Assembly (NCBI GenBank): GCA_018823045.1
Contig: JAHJIX010000017.1
Location: 52,300 to 116,299, forward strand
DNA from: Patescibacteria group bacterium
GTDB lineage: Bacteria > Patescibacteriota > Patescibacteriia > Magasanikbacterales > UBA922
Direction: 5' to 3'
DNA: 64,000 bases
Below the pieces are notes generated by a model. It ran no database searches, was not told where the DNA came from, and worked only from the letters and a program-made list of their open reading frames with translations. Positions 34,928-44,357 of this stretch are shown piece after piece. A program made the position numbers and the translations under genes. The first letter of the stretch is position 1. Every line of letters starts with the position of its first letter.

Positions 34928-36016
34928 TCAATCCATCCTTTGAGCTACAAATTTTAAGAGCTCTTCCTTACTCAAAGAAGCAACATTTACTCTAGTAAGG
35001 TTATTAAATGAAATTTCTTGTATTATTCTTGCCTGTTTTAGTGAGTCAATATGTCCATACCCATAACTTCCAAAAGTGGTACCAACATTTTCATGACCCA
35101 AATTTTGACTAAAAGCTTTCTTTTGTATTTCAGTAAGTGGTAATTTAGATATTTCACTCACCAACAAATTTCTAAAGGTATGAGGATGAAAATATGTTAC
35201 TCCTGCCTGCTTAAATCGCTTTTCAAATATCTTTCTCAAAGAAGTAGTACTCTTCCAAAACGTAGCTTCCACTTCCCCATTACTATAAAATCCTAAATTT
35301 TTTTTACCTACTTCTGTTTTTGTTGCAGGGAAAATAGGATCAACAGGTTTAAAACCTTTCTGCACCTCAAGATATTCTACCCATTCCATAAAATACTTTT
35401 GTGCTTTTTTGTATGGAATAGGTACAAAAACGGAAGTTATCCTTTTACTGAACTTTGTTTTTACACCCAACTTAGGATTTTGATCGATAATCATAGTCTT
35501 TTTATCAAAACACTGCAAAGACAAACTAGCTAATGCTGAGATACGTATCCCCGTTAATAAATTAAGAGAAATAAGTGCTTTATCTCGCATTTCAACTTCT
35601 GTATTACCCTCAATATGCTCTATCACCGTTTTTACTTGATCAATTGATGGAAAACTAGTATTAGTGCTTTGTGTAGCTATTCTATTTTCTGCCTTTGTGA
35701 GATTAAGATATTCTACATCTTGCTCATGTACCTTTGATTTATATCCATCTTGTTTAGACAACCACACAAAAAAAGATTTCAAATATCTTATATTATTATA
35801 GCAATAAGATAAACTCACATTACCTTCACCATGTTTCTTTTTTTTTGATTTCAACCAACTTTTGAAATCAATAGCTTTTTGTTTATTAAATAAAGCAAAA
35901 TCATCTTGAACTGAGAACTCTTCCCAAAGCCAAATTCCTTTCTCATAACATCTAATCGATTTTGTTGAATACTGCTTTGCATTTTCAAGATATACATAAA
36001 AACTTCTTATTGTCAA
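34928..36016 (-). CDS. Tyrosine-type site-specific recombinase/integrase
   Basis: 362 aa. Box I R (ALISLNLLTGIRISALASL), HxxR (HPHTFRNLLVS) and the catalytic Tyr region (GHENVGTTFGSYGY). Confidence 0.75.
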   Translation of the reverse strand: MTIRSFYVYLENAKQYSTKSIRCYEKGIWLWEEFSVQDDFALFNKQKAIDFKSWLKSKKKKHGEGNVSLSYCYNNIRYLKSFFVWLSKQDGYKSKVHEQDVEYLNLTKAENRIATQSTNTSFPSIDQVKTVIEHIEGNTEVEMRDKALISLNLLTGIRISALASLSLQCFDKKTMIIDQNPKLGVKTKFSKRITSVFVPIPYKKAQKYFMEWVEYLEVQKGFKPVDPIFPATKTEVGKKNLGFYSNGEVEATFWKSTTSLRKIFEKRFKQAGVTYFHPHTFRNLLVSEISKLPLTEIQKKAFSQNLGHENVGTTFGSYGYGHIDSLKQARIIQEISFNNLTRVNVASLSKEELLKFVAQRMD

Positions 36017-36093
36017 TATACATTATACTTTATTTTGACAAATACGACAGTCTGATATAAGCTATTACTATAATTAATAAAAAAACGAATAAT

Positions 36094-36432
36094 ATGGCTA
36101 CAATAACAATGAAACTAGAACCAAAGCCTTTTGATGCTATAAAATCTAAAAAAAAACAAATTGAACTACGCCTATACGATGATAAAAGAAAAAACATTAA
36201 TATTGGAGACATTATTGAATTTAAAAGAGAACCTGAACGAACAATATCCATTAAAACGCGGGTTGTCGCACTACTCAGATATGAAAATTTCTCAAAATTA
36301 TTTGAAGACTTTGAACCTAGTATATTTGGAGGAAATAATAAGCAAGAATTACTTGATGGTGTTACACGATTTTATTCAAAAGAAAAACAAAATGAATACG
36401 GCATACTAGGCATAAAAATAGAATTACTCTAA
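36094..36432 (+). CDS. ASCH (PUA-like) domain protein
   Basis: 112 aa. MKLEPKPFDAIKSKKKQIELRLYDDKRKNINIGDIIEF is an ASCH beta-barrel signature. Confidence 0.5.
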   Translation: MATITMKLEPKPFDAIKSKKKQIELRLYDDKRKNINIGDIIEFKREPERTISIKTRVVALLRYENFSKLFEDFEPSIFGGNNKQELLDGVTRFYSKEKQNEYGILGIKIELL

Positions 36433-36493
36433 AAAAAGAAAAAAGGGGTCCGATGAAAGACCTCTTTTAATTTATCTGGGAAGAATCCCCGCG

Positions 36494-36844
36494 CTATACA
36501 ACCTCTTCAAGTTGAAACACCAGAACTCCTAACCTCTCCTTGTTTGGTGGAAAAATCTTCCTTATGTTACGCAACTGTTGCTCCGCACTACGATACGGGT
36601 TTATTTTTTGTACATCCTCGTTAGCCAACATCTCTCTAAAGTTGTTGTACTTGCTCACACGCACGACGCGTCTATCGCAAGAACGCTGTTTACAAAGGAA
36701 GCGTACAGTATCCCCTCTCTGAATGCGCAGCAAACTACTGTATGCGACACGAACCTCCACAGTTTTTGTTCCTTCGACGATCATGTCAAAGTATTGTTTA
36801 TAGATCTGGAGAGTCCGGATCCGTTTTTTTTTCGCCATTTTCAC
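36494..36844 (-). CDS. ASCH (PUA-like) domain protein
   Basis: 116 aa. IYKQYFDMIVEGTKTVEVRVAYSSLLRIQRGDTVRF. Confidence 0.5.
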   Translation of the reverse strand: MKMAKKKRIRTLQIYKQYFDMIVEGTKTVEVRVAYSSLLRIQRGDTVRFLCKQRSCDRRVVRVSKYNNFREMLANEDVQKINPYRSAEQQLRNIRKIFPPNKERLGVLVFQLEEVV

Positions 36845-37935
36845 TCTTCCTTTCGATAGGCTTCAAGAAGCCTCATTATCTCGGTGTAGGTATAACATCT
36901 GAACATGTGCCTCGGATGACTCAAAAACTGTTGAACCAACCAAATCATCTTTGACACATAGTCAGGATGTTCTTCACGGAATTTACTCATATCTAAGAGC
37001 CAATTAGGCACATCAAACATACTACCATCATTATCTCTTATGAGAGATTTAGATAACTTAGCTCCTGTCCCCGTAATGACCTGAGGAGTAAAAAACCTCA
37101 TTGGTGTATTGACTGAGGTATAACCTAATGCACCAAGTGCCCAATCAACGGGCTGTGTGCTCATAGTCCAGTCCCCGCCTTTTACCATAACACCAAGTGT
37201 ACCATTTTCTTGACTGTAAACAGCCTCTTTTATTACATTCCTATATAATGTATTCAAATCAAGATAGGTACCATCATCACCATCGACAGAAACCATTTTT
37301 TCATAAAATCTTCCATCTCTAGCACGACACCTAAACAATACCTTGTCTTTCCCTGTATAAATAATTTTTGTATGCTCCCCCCTTTTTTGAGCATAAAAAT
37401 CATCATCAGAGTTAGGTAATCGCACTCTCAAAATACCATTTGAAGGTGCTACACACCAACGGATAACTTCTTGAAATTGCAAAGACTTGATGAATTGATA
37501 GCGAAATGAAGGCATACTTTGCTGATCTTTATAAGTAGACCAACTATATGAGATACCCACAATTTTTGCTAATTCATCAAAAAAATCTAAATAGTGCACA
37601 GATAATAAATCATGTAATTCCAAAGAGGATAATACATGACCATAGGCGCGCTGGAATTCGGTACCATCCTTCCCTTGTGTAATATCATAAGGAGCATTAT
37701 CAAGTGCTCCAAAGCAAACCTCACAAGGGATATCAAACTTTTCTTGGATCATTCCGGCGAGTACAAAACTTGTCGTCTGGACGAGATATGTACCAATGTG
37801 CGGGATACCATTAATCTGAGTACCCACTGAAAATACTACGCGCTCAGGATTTGAAATAGCAATACGAGCACCAATGAGATCAATTGCACAGTTCAAGCTA
37901 TTAGCCAAAACGGTATTTGGAGAGTGGATGAGCAT
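36841..37935 (-). CDS. Class I aminoacyl-tRNA-synthetase-like protein, catalytic domain only (HIGH-like PHIGT and KMSKS-like KLSKS motifs)
   Basis: 364 aa. GTQINGIPHIGTYLV near the N-terminus and TGTGAKLSKSLIRDNDG ~240 aa later. This spacing is typical of class I LysRS (LysK)/GluQRS-type Rossmann domains. No anticodon-binding domain. Confidence 0.45.
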   Translation of the reverse strand: MLIHSPNTVLANSLNCAIDLIGARIAISNPERVVFSVGTQINGIPHIGTYLVQTTSFVLAGMIQEKFDIPCEVCFGALDNAPYDITQGKDGTEFQRAYGHVLSSLELHDLLSVHYLDFFDELAKIVGISYSWSTYKDQQSMPSFRYQFIKSLQFQEVIRWCVAPSNGILRVRLPNSDDDFYAQKRGEHTKIIYTGKDKVLFRCRARDGRFYEKMVSVDGDDGTYLDLNTLYRNVIKEAVYSQENGTLGVMVKGGDWTMSTQPVDWALGALGYTSVNTPMRFFTPQVITGTGAKLSKSLIRDNDGSMFDVPNWLLDMSKFREEHPDYVSKMIWLVQQFLSHPRHMFRCYTYTEIMRLLEAYRKEE

Positions 37936-38124
37936 TGTTTTTCCCTTTGTTGTAGTGAACGAAACCTTTTTATTTAGATACCAGATCTAAATAACTATTA
38001 TAAAAAGGTTAGCAGATTTCCCTACTTTTGTCAACCATTTTAAAGAAACCGGAATTTTTATAATCACAGTCAATTTTGACCCAATCTAAAGTTCTAAAAT
38101 CGTCCCGTAAGCCCCGCTAATGGA

Positions 38125-38147
38125 ATATACCCCTAAATGGGGTATAT
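38125..38147. promoter_or_regulatory. Second CsoR-type operator-like palindrome ATATACCCC-TAAAT-GGGGTATAT
   Basis: Perfect 9-bp arms. Same core as the operator at 4131-4149. Located in the 383-bp intergenic region between 37935 and 38319. Confidence 0.5.
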
Positions 38148-38318
38148 TTTATTTGTGTATTGTGATATCTGAAGGTCCCGCGTGCCCCGCAATGGCTAGG
38201 ACAGATGAAGCGATAGCGAATCTGCCTAAGACATGTTCCTTCATAGATCCTGTTCACTAATAAAAAACATTTTTGTCAATCTATGCTATACTATATATAG
38301 TTAATTTTAAAAAAATCT

Positions 38319-38690
38319 ATGAACAGCAAACTCAAAACATTTTTTATGGTCATTGGAATTATTTCTACCATTGCCCTCATTATTATCATTATTGTTATTT
38401 TTGGTGTCTATAATATTATTAAAAACATGACAGGATCATATACAACAGCACCAATAAATACAGATGGAGTAAACACAGAAGAAGTCTACGATCACCCAGC
38501 ATTGTCTGAAGATCAAGAACAAACACTAGATAAACTTGGTATTGATGTCTCAACACTTCCAACAAGTATTACTCCTGAACAACAAGCCTGTGCTGTTGAA
38601 AAACTTGGACAAGACCGAGTTCTTGAAATAGTTGGCGGCGCATCACCTAGTGCTATAGAATTAGTAAAAGCAGGATCTTGTTTTAAATAA
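38319..38690 (+). CDS. Small membrane-anchored hypothetical protein
   Basis: 123 aa. N-terminal TM (FFMVIGIISTIALIIIIIVIFGV). C-terminal soluble domain with two Cys. Confidence 0.4.
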   Translation: MNSKLKTFFMVIGIISTIALIIIIIVIFGVYNIIKNMTGSYTTAPINTDGVNTEEVYDHPALSEDQEQTLDKLGIDVSTLPTSITPEQQACAVEKLGQDRVLEIVGGASPSAIELVKAGSCFK

Positions 38691-38755
38691 TACATCTTTA
38701 TACAAAAAAAATAACTGATATACTCAGTTATTTTTTATTTACACAATATTATCTA

Positions 38756-40153
38756 TTAAAACAACTTATCAATTAATACCAAACCACTAAAAAATCCAAA
38801 GAATAAGAAAATACCGATCATGACAATCTTTCTCCACCAACGTGGACGGTATGCCTTTGGTAATAGTTTGTGATTGACAACAAAGACCAACCCGACATGA
38901 ACAAACATGGCAAATGCATTAATAACAGCGGCTAAGACAAGAAGAGTCTTTGGCTCATAAATATTAAATAAAAACAAGAGAATGCCAAATCCAATTTGCG
39001 CCCACAAAAAAATATAATATAATTTGCTTAGGTTCACCGTTTCTTTTTTATCATGTTCTACTTGCTTGATTGCAACATTTTCTGCCATAATTCGAGAGGT
39101 TGAGTCCATAACCCCTAATTGTGTCTGAAATAACATAACTCCAACAACAAATAAAAAGCTGACACCTACCGCAGGGAATAATTGCGATCCAATAGCAGCC
39201 CCTTCATAGATAACAAACAGAATGCCCTCTTCTGTGCCTGTGGAGCCGTATACAGTAACATAAGCCAACAACATGAGCAAACACATAGACAAGAGCCCTA
39301 CAAACCAAAATATAAGTCCATGCTCAATACTAATCATCTTCCACCACTGATTAAATCGTGCACGATGTTCTTTATTGTCGACAAAAGAAGTCCCTGTCAA
39401 CTTAATCTTTTGAGCACCATCTTTACTTGCAAAAAGACCAGCTATCTTTTGGGCGTACTTCCCCATGCCATAGCCTTTTTCTTTTACGTAAATTGATTGG
39501 GTTAAATTTAAATTACCAGCAGCACCAGAATACGCAAATGCAGCCAAAAATGTCGCAAATGATATTCCCGCTGGGAAAAATGTATATCCCTCACCTTTAC
39601 CCATTAATCCTTGAAATAAGGTCCCCCAGTCACTTGATTGACTTAATACAATTGTAAGAACAAATACAAAAGGAACACCTATTAAAATAATCGTACGAGT
39701 AAGCCCCTCCATAAGGGTATAGACTGTTTTCCCAACAGAAAGAATAATACCAATCAATAGTAAAAAGATAATCGCAATCCACTTAAATTGTTCTACGCCT
39801 ATAATTGAACCAAATACTTGGGCAGAAGCCGCAATAATACCAGGTAAACCAAAACCGATAAATGTAGAAAAAATAAACCAATACACTGCTTTTGGAAAAA
39901 TTTTAGCAATACCAACAAAAACGCTCTCCCCTTTTACTAAGGCATAGCGCTCAATTTCCATGTTAATAAAATATTGAAATGTAATCCCTAAAAATGCTCC
40001 CCAGGCTATCCCTAAGCCATAATTTGATACCATATACGGCCAAAGGATGACTTCTCCTGACCCGAGCCCTAAAGCCAAAATAATAAAACTAGGACCAATA
40101 AGTTGTTTAAAGGGAACCGGTTTTGGAAATACTTTTTTTGATTGTTTTTTCAT
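38756..40153 (-). CDS. Polytopic membrane transporter, Nramp/APC-superfamily-like (putative divalent-metal transporter)
   Basis: 465 aa, ~11 TM helices. N-terminal LIGPSFIILALGLGSGEVILWPY resembles the Nramp GPGxL…DPGN region. Confidence 0.4.
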   Translation of the reverse strand: MKKQSKKVFPKPVPFKQLIGPSFIILALGLGSGEVILWPYMVSNYGLGIAWGAFLGITFQYFINMEIERYALVKGESVFVGIAKIFPKAVYWFIFSTFIGFGLPGIIAASAQVFGSIIGVEQFKWIAIIFLLLIGIILSVGKTVYTLMEGLTRTIILIGVPFVFVLTIVLSQSSDWGTLFQGLMGKGEGYTFFPAGISFATFLAAFAYSGAAGNLNLTQSIYVKEKGYGMGKYAQKIAGLFASKDGAQKIKLTGTSFVDNKEHRARFNQWWKMISIEHGLIFWFVGLLSMCLLMLLAYVTVYGSTGTEEGILFVIYEGAAIGSQLFPAVGVSFLFVVGVMLFQTQLGVMDSTSRIMAENVAIKQVEHDKKETVNLSKLYYIFLWAQIGFGILLFLFNIYEPKTLLVLAAVINAFAMFVHVGLVFVVNHKLLPKAYRPRWWRKIVMIGIFLFFGFFSGLVLIDKLF

Positions 40154-40517
40154 ACGATAGAAGAAAAAATATATTTATATTAGTATAAGTATAACATAAT
40201 TACTCCTCTTTGATTAATTCTCCCCCTACGAGGGGGAGTTAGAGGGGGTCCATCTTTGCAATTTAAATGGTTTAGTCTATGATATTCTTTATTTACTTCA
40301 AAAGACCCCACCTAACCTCCCCTCACAGGGGAGGAATATTTCCCAAAAAATAACTACAAAAAATATATTATTTTTAGTAGTATTTTTTAGCTAACCTTAG
40401 CCAAGTCAATAGGCACAGCTATTGACAAAAGGAATAAAATGTGGTATAGTATGCTGTTGTAAGGGAGTCCGTTAGGGACTTTTTTTATTACAATATATTC
40501 AGTCATAATCAATACAT

Positions 40518-41033
40518 ATGAATACATTACTCCTTATATTTTTCGGATTTACGAATCTTGCAACAAACCACGTAAATACTATCCCCATGATTTCAACGGC
40601 TATCATACCCCAAGAAATTGTAGAACAAGTAGAAGTAGATACACGTGCTGCACGTGTTGATGCATACTTTGCAAAAAGAAACATGCCCCTTGAAGGGTAT
40701 GGTGCACAATTTATAGAAACAGCAGATAAATATAACATGGACTGGAGATTACTTCCTGCGATTGCCGTACGTGAATCATCTGGTGGAAAAAATCTTATGA
40801 ACAACAATCCATTTGGTTGGGGTTCTGCAAAAATTCCATTTGAGGATTTTAATCATGCAATTGACATTGTTGGCATGCATTTATCTGGTAATCACGAAGC
40901 AACTGCTCGTTATTACAAAGATAAAGATGTATATGATAAATTATACTCATATAACGGAACAGTACTTCCATCATACCCAAATGAAGTTATTGCCATCATG
41001 GATTTATTTGAAACAACTTCTATTGATGCCTAA
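40518..41033 (+). CDS. Secreted hypothetical protein with glucosaminidase (FlgJ/Bax-like)-type motif
   Basis: 171 aa, signal peptide. AIAVRESSGGKNLMNNNPFGWG resembles the ESGWG…NNxFG motif of the glucosaminidase domain. Confidence 0.3.
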   Translation: MNTLLLIFFGFTNLATNHVNTIPMISTAIIPQEIVEQVEVDTRAARVDAYFAKRNMPLEGYGAQFIETADKYNMDWRLLPAIAVRESSGGKNLMNNNPFGWGSAKIPFEDFNHAIDIVGMHLSGNHEATARYYKDKDVYDKLYSYNGTVLPSYPNEVIAIMDLFETTSIDA

Positions 41034-41178
41034 AAACTTGATCTCTATGCGAGATCAAACAGAGAAAAGAAAACTGGCCTTTTTAAAGCCGTATAAAAGA
41101 TATTATACAGGTTCTACACAAGATACAAAGAAAAACATCCCGACGTAGTCAGGATGTTTTTTTATATCTAATATATTT

Positions 41179-44100
41179 TTATTTTTCTTTTGCTAAGTCA
41201 TTAGCATCACAAACCTGCCAAGCATCTGGTACATCACAAGGAGTTGCAAATGCCTGACAACTACCCTCTTCATTCTTTCGCGCATAGGTAACCATTTGTA
41301 CACAAACTCGCTTTTCACGCACATCCCAATGATTCCACGCATATGACTCATCTTCCAAAAAGACAATGGTATCCAAGATCTCTTGCAAATGCTCCCCATT
41401 TCCATTTATTTCTATTATTTTTTCTTCATCAATCGGAATTTCAATAATAGTCATAGTTTGTTTATTTACCCCGTCTCCAATAACCTCTTCAAAACGCCAG
41501 GCTTTCTTTTCTCCTACCAGTACCGTTGTTTTATTTTTTTGGTCAATCGGGTGATCTACCAGTTGTAAAAAGAGACTAACATACTCTTCGCTCGATCTGT
41601 CTTCAAAAACGACCCCATTTGGCCAACGCGTTGTTGCCCAAGTACTCGGAAAACTCAATGTTAAATTCGCAAATGTTTTATCTTCAAATACAGATACACG
41701 ATTAGCAAATTCTTCTTCTTTTTTCTGTGTTGTTTTTTCTACAGTACGCTCCCGAATTGCCGCAGGTGAAATATAATTATCAGTATGTACAGCAATATCT
41801 TGTGTTGGACTAACACATCCTGCGCCAACTGATAATATTCCTGCAGCAAGCAAACCAAATGCAACAACTAACCCTAAAAATGGCTTATTCGTCTTTTTCC
41901 CTTTTTTCCCTAATGTCTTTTCAAGAGCCGCTATTTGTGTTTTTGTTTCAATTACTTTGTCTGGATTAATCGAAATACTATCAATCCCCTGTTTCACGAT
42001 CCACTCCGCAAACTCAGGAGAATCACTCGGTGCTTGCCCACAAATACCAATCTTTTTCTTATGTTTATGTGCTACTTTAATAACTGACTGAATCAATTTT
42101 TTTACGGTTTCATCTTGTTCATCATAAATATGGCTCACTAAGGCCGAATCTCGGTCAATACCTAAAGCAAGTTGAGTCAAATCATTTGAACCAATACTAA
42201 ATCCATCAAATATCTGTGCAAAATCTTCTGCTAAAATAACATTTGATGGAATTTCACACATCACATACACCTGCAAGCCATTTTCTCCTTGTTTCAAGCC
42301 AAAAGACTCCATGGTTTTTAGCACTTTTCTTCCTTCTTCTGGTGTTCGACAAAATGGAATCATGACAATCACATTTGTTAATCCCCAATCTTCTCGTACT
42401 TTTTTAATTGCCGCACACTCAAGTCCAAATGCTTCTTTGTATTCTTTTGAATAATATCTACTTGCACCACGCCAACCAATCATTGGATTTTCTTCTTTTG
42501 GTTCAAATTCTTTTCCACCAATTAATGTCGCATATTCATTTGTTTTAAAATCACTTAAACGAATAATCACGGGCTTATCGTAAGCGGCAACAGCAATACG
42601 TGCAATACCTTCTGCTAATTTATTAACACAATAATCTGATTTTTTCTTATACCCTCGTGTCATGTCTGAAATCAATTTTTTTGCCTTTTTATCTTTTAGT
42701 GTTTTATAGTGAATCAATGCAAGTGGATGAATTCGGATAAAATGAGAAAAAATAAATTCTTCTCGTGCAAGACCAATACCATCATGTGGCAAAAAGGATA
42801 ATGCAAACGCATTGTCAGGGTCTCCAATATTCATCATGATTTTTGTCTTTGTTTTTGGCAACACTTTTACTTCGGTCTTTTTTACCTCAAAAGAAAGCGC
42901 CCCTTTGTAAATCATACCAACATCTCCTTCTGCACATGATACTGTCACTGCTTGACCATTTTTACATATCTTTCGCGCATCAGCAGCCCCCACAATACAT
43001 GGAACACCAAGTTCACGTGATACAATTGCAGCATGGCTTGTTTTTCCACCTTGCTCAGTAACAATGGCTGAAGCCATACGCATAATTGGCTCCCAATCAG
43101 GATCAGTAATACGCGTTACCAATACCTCCCCTTTTTTAAATTGTTTCATCTCTGTAGGAGTTTGAATAATTCTCACTTTTCCAACTCCAATCTTTTGCCC
43201 AACAGCAACACCCCGCAATAATTCTTTCCCGACTGTTTTGAGCTGATATTGTTCAATAATCGTTTTACTTCCTTGAGATTTTACTGTTTCAGGTCGAGCT
43301 TGAACAATATAAAGTTTTCCACTCTCCCCGTCTTTTGCCCATTCAATATCTTGCGCCTTACCATAATGTTCTTCAATCAACATTCCCCATGTTGTCAATG
43401 TTGTTAAATCTTCTTGTGAAATAGAAAACGTATCTCTTTTTGCTTTTGGTACCGTTGCCTGTTTTGTTCCTCCATTTTTTCCATATATCAACTTCACATC
43501 TTTTGTTCCTAAAATGCTACTGATCACAGCTTTTTTTCCTTTTTTTACTCCTGCTTTAAATACATAAAATTGATCTGGCGTTACACGGCCTTTCACTATA
43601 TATTCTCCTAAACCATAACTCGAATTAATAAGTGTGACACCCTCAAAACCAGATTCTGTATCAACAGTAAACATCACTCCGCTACTCCCCATATCTGAAC
43701 GAACCATGATTTGAACCGTAACGGACAAAGCCACATGATGATGTTGAAATCCTTTTGTTTCTCTGTATGAAATTGCACGATCAGTAAAGAGTGACGCTAT
43801 ACATTTTTTTGTTGCCAAAAGCAATGCTTTTTCTCCAACAACATTTAAATACGTTTCTTGCTGCCCTGCAAAACTCGCATCTGGCAAATCCTCGGCTGTG
43901 GCACTTGATCTTACTGCTACAGCAATATTTTTCGTACTACCTAAACGCTTATATGCATGTACAATAGCTTGCTCAATTTCTTTTGGAATATCAGCCGCTA
44001 AAATAAGTGCTCGAATTTTTTTTCCTGTTTTTTCTAACGCTGCAATATCATGAACATCTAAACCACTGAGTATTTTTTTAATCTGTTTATCTAACCCTGT

Positions 44101-44286
44101 TGTACGCAAAAATTGCCAATACGCATCGGCAGTCATGGCAAAACCATTTGGAACATTTACTCCTTTTTTCGTCAAATGACGATACATTTCTCCTAAACTG
44201 GCGTTTTTTCCACCAACAATAGGGACATCTTGTATAGAAATATCCTCAAACCAGCGAACAAATTGTGTTTGCTTTACTCCTTTCAT
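41179..44286 (-). CDS. ppsA: Phosphoenolpyruvate synthase (pyruvate, water dikinase) with a ~250-aa C-terminal TM + unknown-domain extension
   Basis: FVRWFEDISIQDVPIVGGKNASLGEM N-terminus (ATP-grasp). Phospho-His domain (GGKTSHAAIVSRELGVPCIVG). PEP-utilising TIM barrel. The frame continues into KPFLGLVVAFGLLAAGILSVGAGC… and a Cys-containing C-terminal domain. The start is set at the Met preceding KGVKQTQF. Confidence 0.8.
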   Translation of the reverse strand: MKGVKQTQFVRWFEDISIQDVPIVGGKNASLGEMYRHLTKKGVNVPNGFAMTADAYWQFLRTTGLDKQIKKILSGLDVHDIAALEKTGKKIRALILAADIPKEIEQAIVHAYKRLGSTKNIAVAVRSSATAEDLPDASFAGQQETYLNVVGEKALLLATKKCIASLFTDRAISYRETKGFQHHHVALSVTVQIMVRSDMGSSGVMFTVDTESGFEGVTLINSSYGLGEYIVKGRVTPDQFYVFKAGVKKGKKAVISSILGTKDVKLIYGKNGGTKQATVPKAKRDTFSISQEDLTTLTTWGMLIEEHYGKAQDIEWAKDGESGKLYIVQARPETVKSQGSKTIIEQYQLKTVGKELLRGVAVGQKIGVGKVRIIQTPTEMKQFKKGEVLVTRITDPDWEPIMRMASAIVTEQGGKTSHAAIVSRELGVPCIVGAADARKICKNGQAVTVSCAEGDVGMIYKGALSFEVKKTEVKVLPKTKTKIMMNIGDPDNAFALSFLPHDGIGLAREEFIFSHFIRIHPLALIHYKTLKDKKAKKLISDMTRGYKKKSDYCVNKLAEGIARIAVAAYDKPVIIRLSDFKTNEYATLIGGKEFEPKEENPMIGWRGASRYYSKEYKEAFGLECAAIKKVREDWGLTNVIVMIPFCRTPEEGRKVLKTMESFGLKQGENGLQVYVMCEIPSNVILAEDFAQIFDGFSIGSNDLTQLALGIDRDSALVSHIYDEQDETVKKLIQSVIKVAHKHKKKIGICGQAPSDSPEFAEWIVKQGIDSISINPDKVIETKTQIAALEKTLGKKGKKTNKPFLGLVVAFGLLAAGILSVGAGCVSPTQDIAVHTDNYISPAAIRERTVEKTTQKKEEEFANRVSVFEDKTFANLTLSFPSTWATTRWPNGVVFEDRSSEEYVSLFLQLVDHPIDQKNKTTVLVGEKKAWRFEEVIGDGVNKQTMTIIEIPIDEEKIIEINGNGEHLQEILDTIVFLEDESYAWNHWDVREKRVCVQMVTYARKNEEGSCQAFATPCDVPDAWQVCDANDLAKEK

Positions 44287-44357
44287 ATATATTGAGTATA
44301 TCATGAATATATGAAGAAAACAATGAACTATACACAAAAAAACCTCTGTGAATTTGA

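Larger units (their letters stand above)
31223..37935. mobile_element. Putative integrative element inserted at tRNA-Asp (recombinases + R-M + cargo). Distal boundary not identified.
   Basis: The serine recombinase ORF reads antisense into the tRNA 3' half. Contents are an HTH gene, an m5C MTase/REase pair, a tyrosine integrase, and cargo genes. No att direct repeat was found by eye. Confidence 0.45.
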
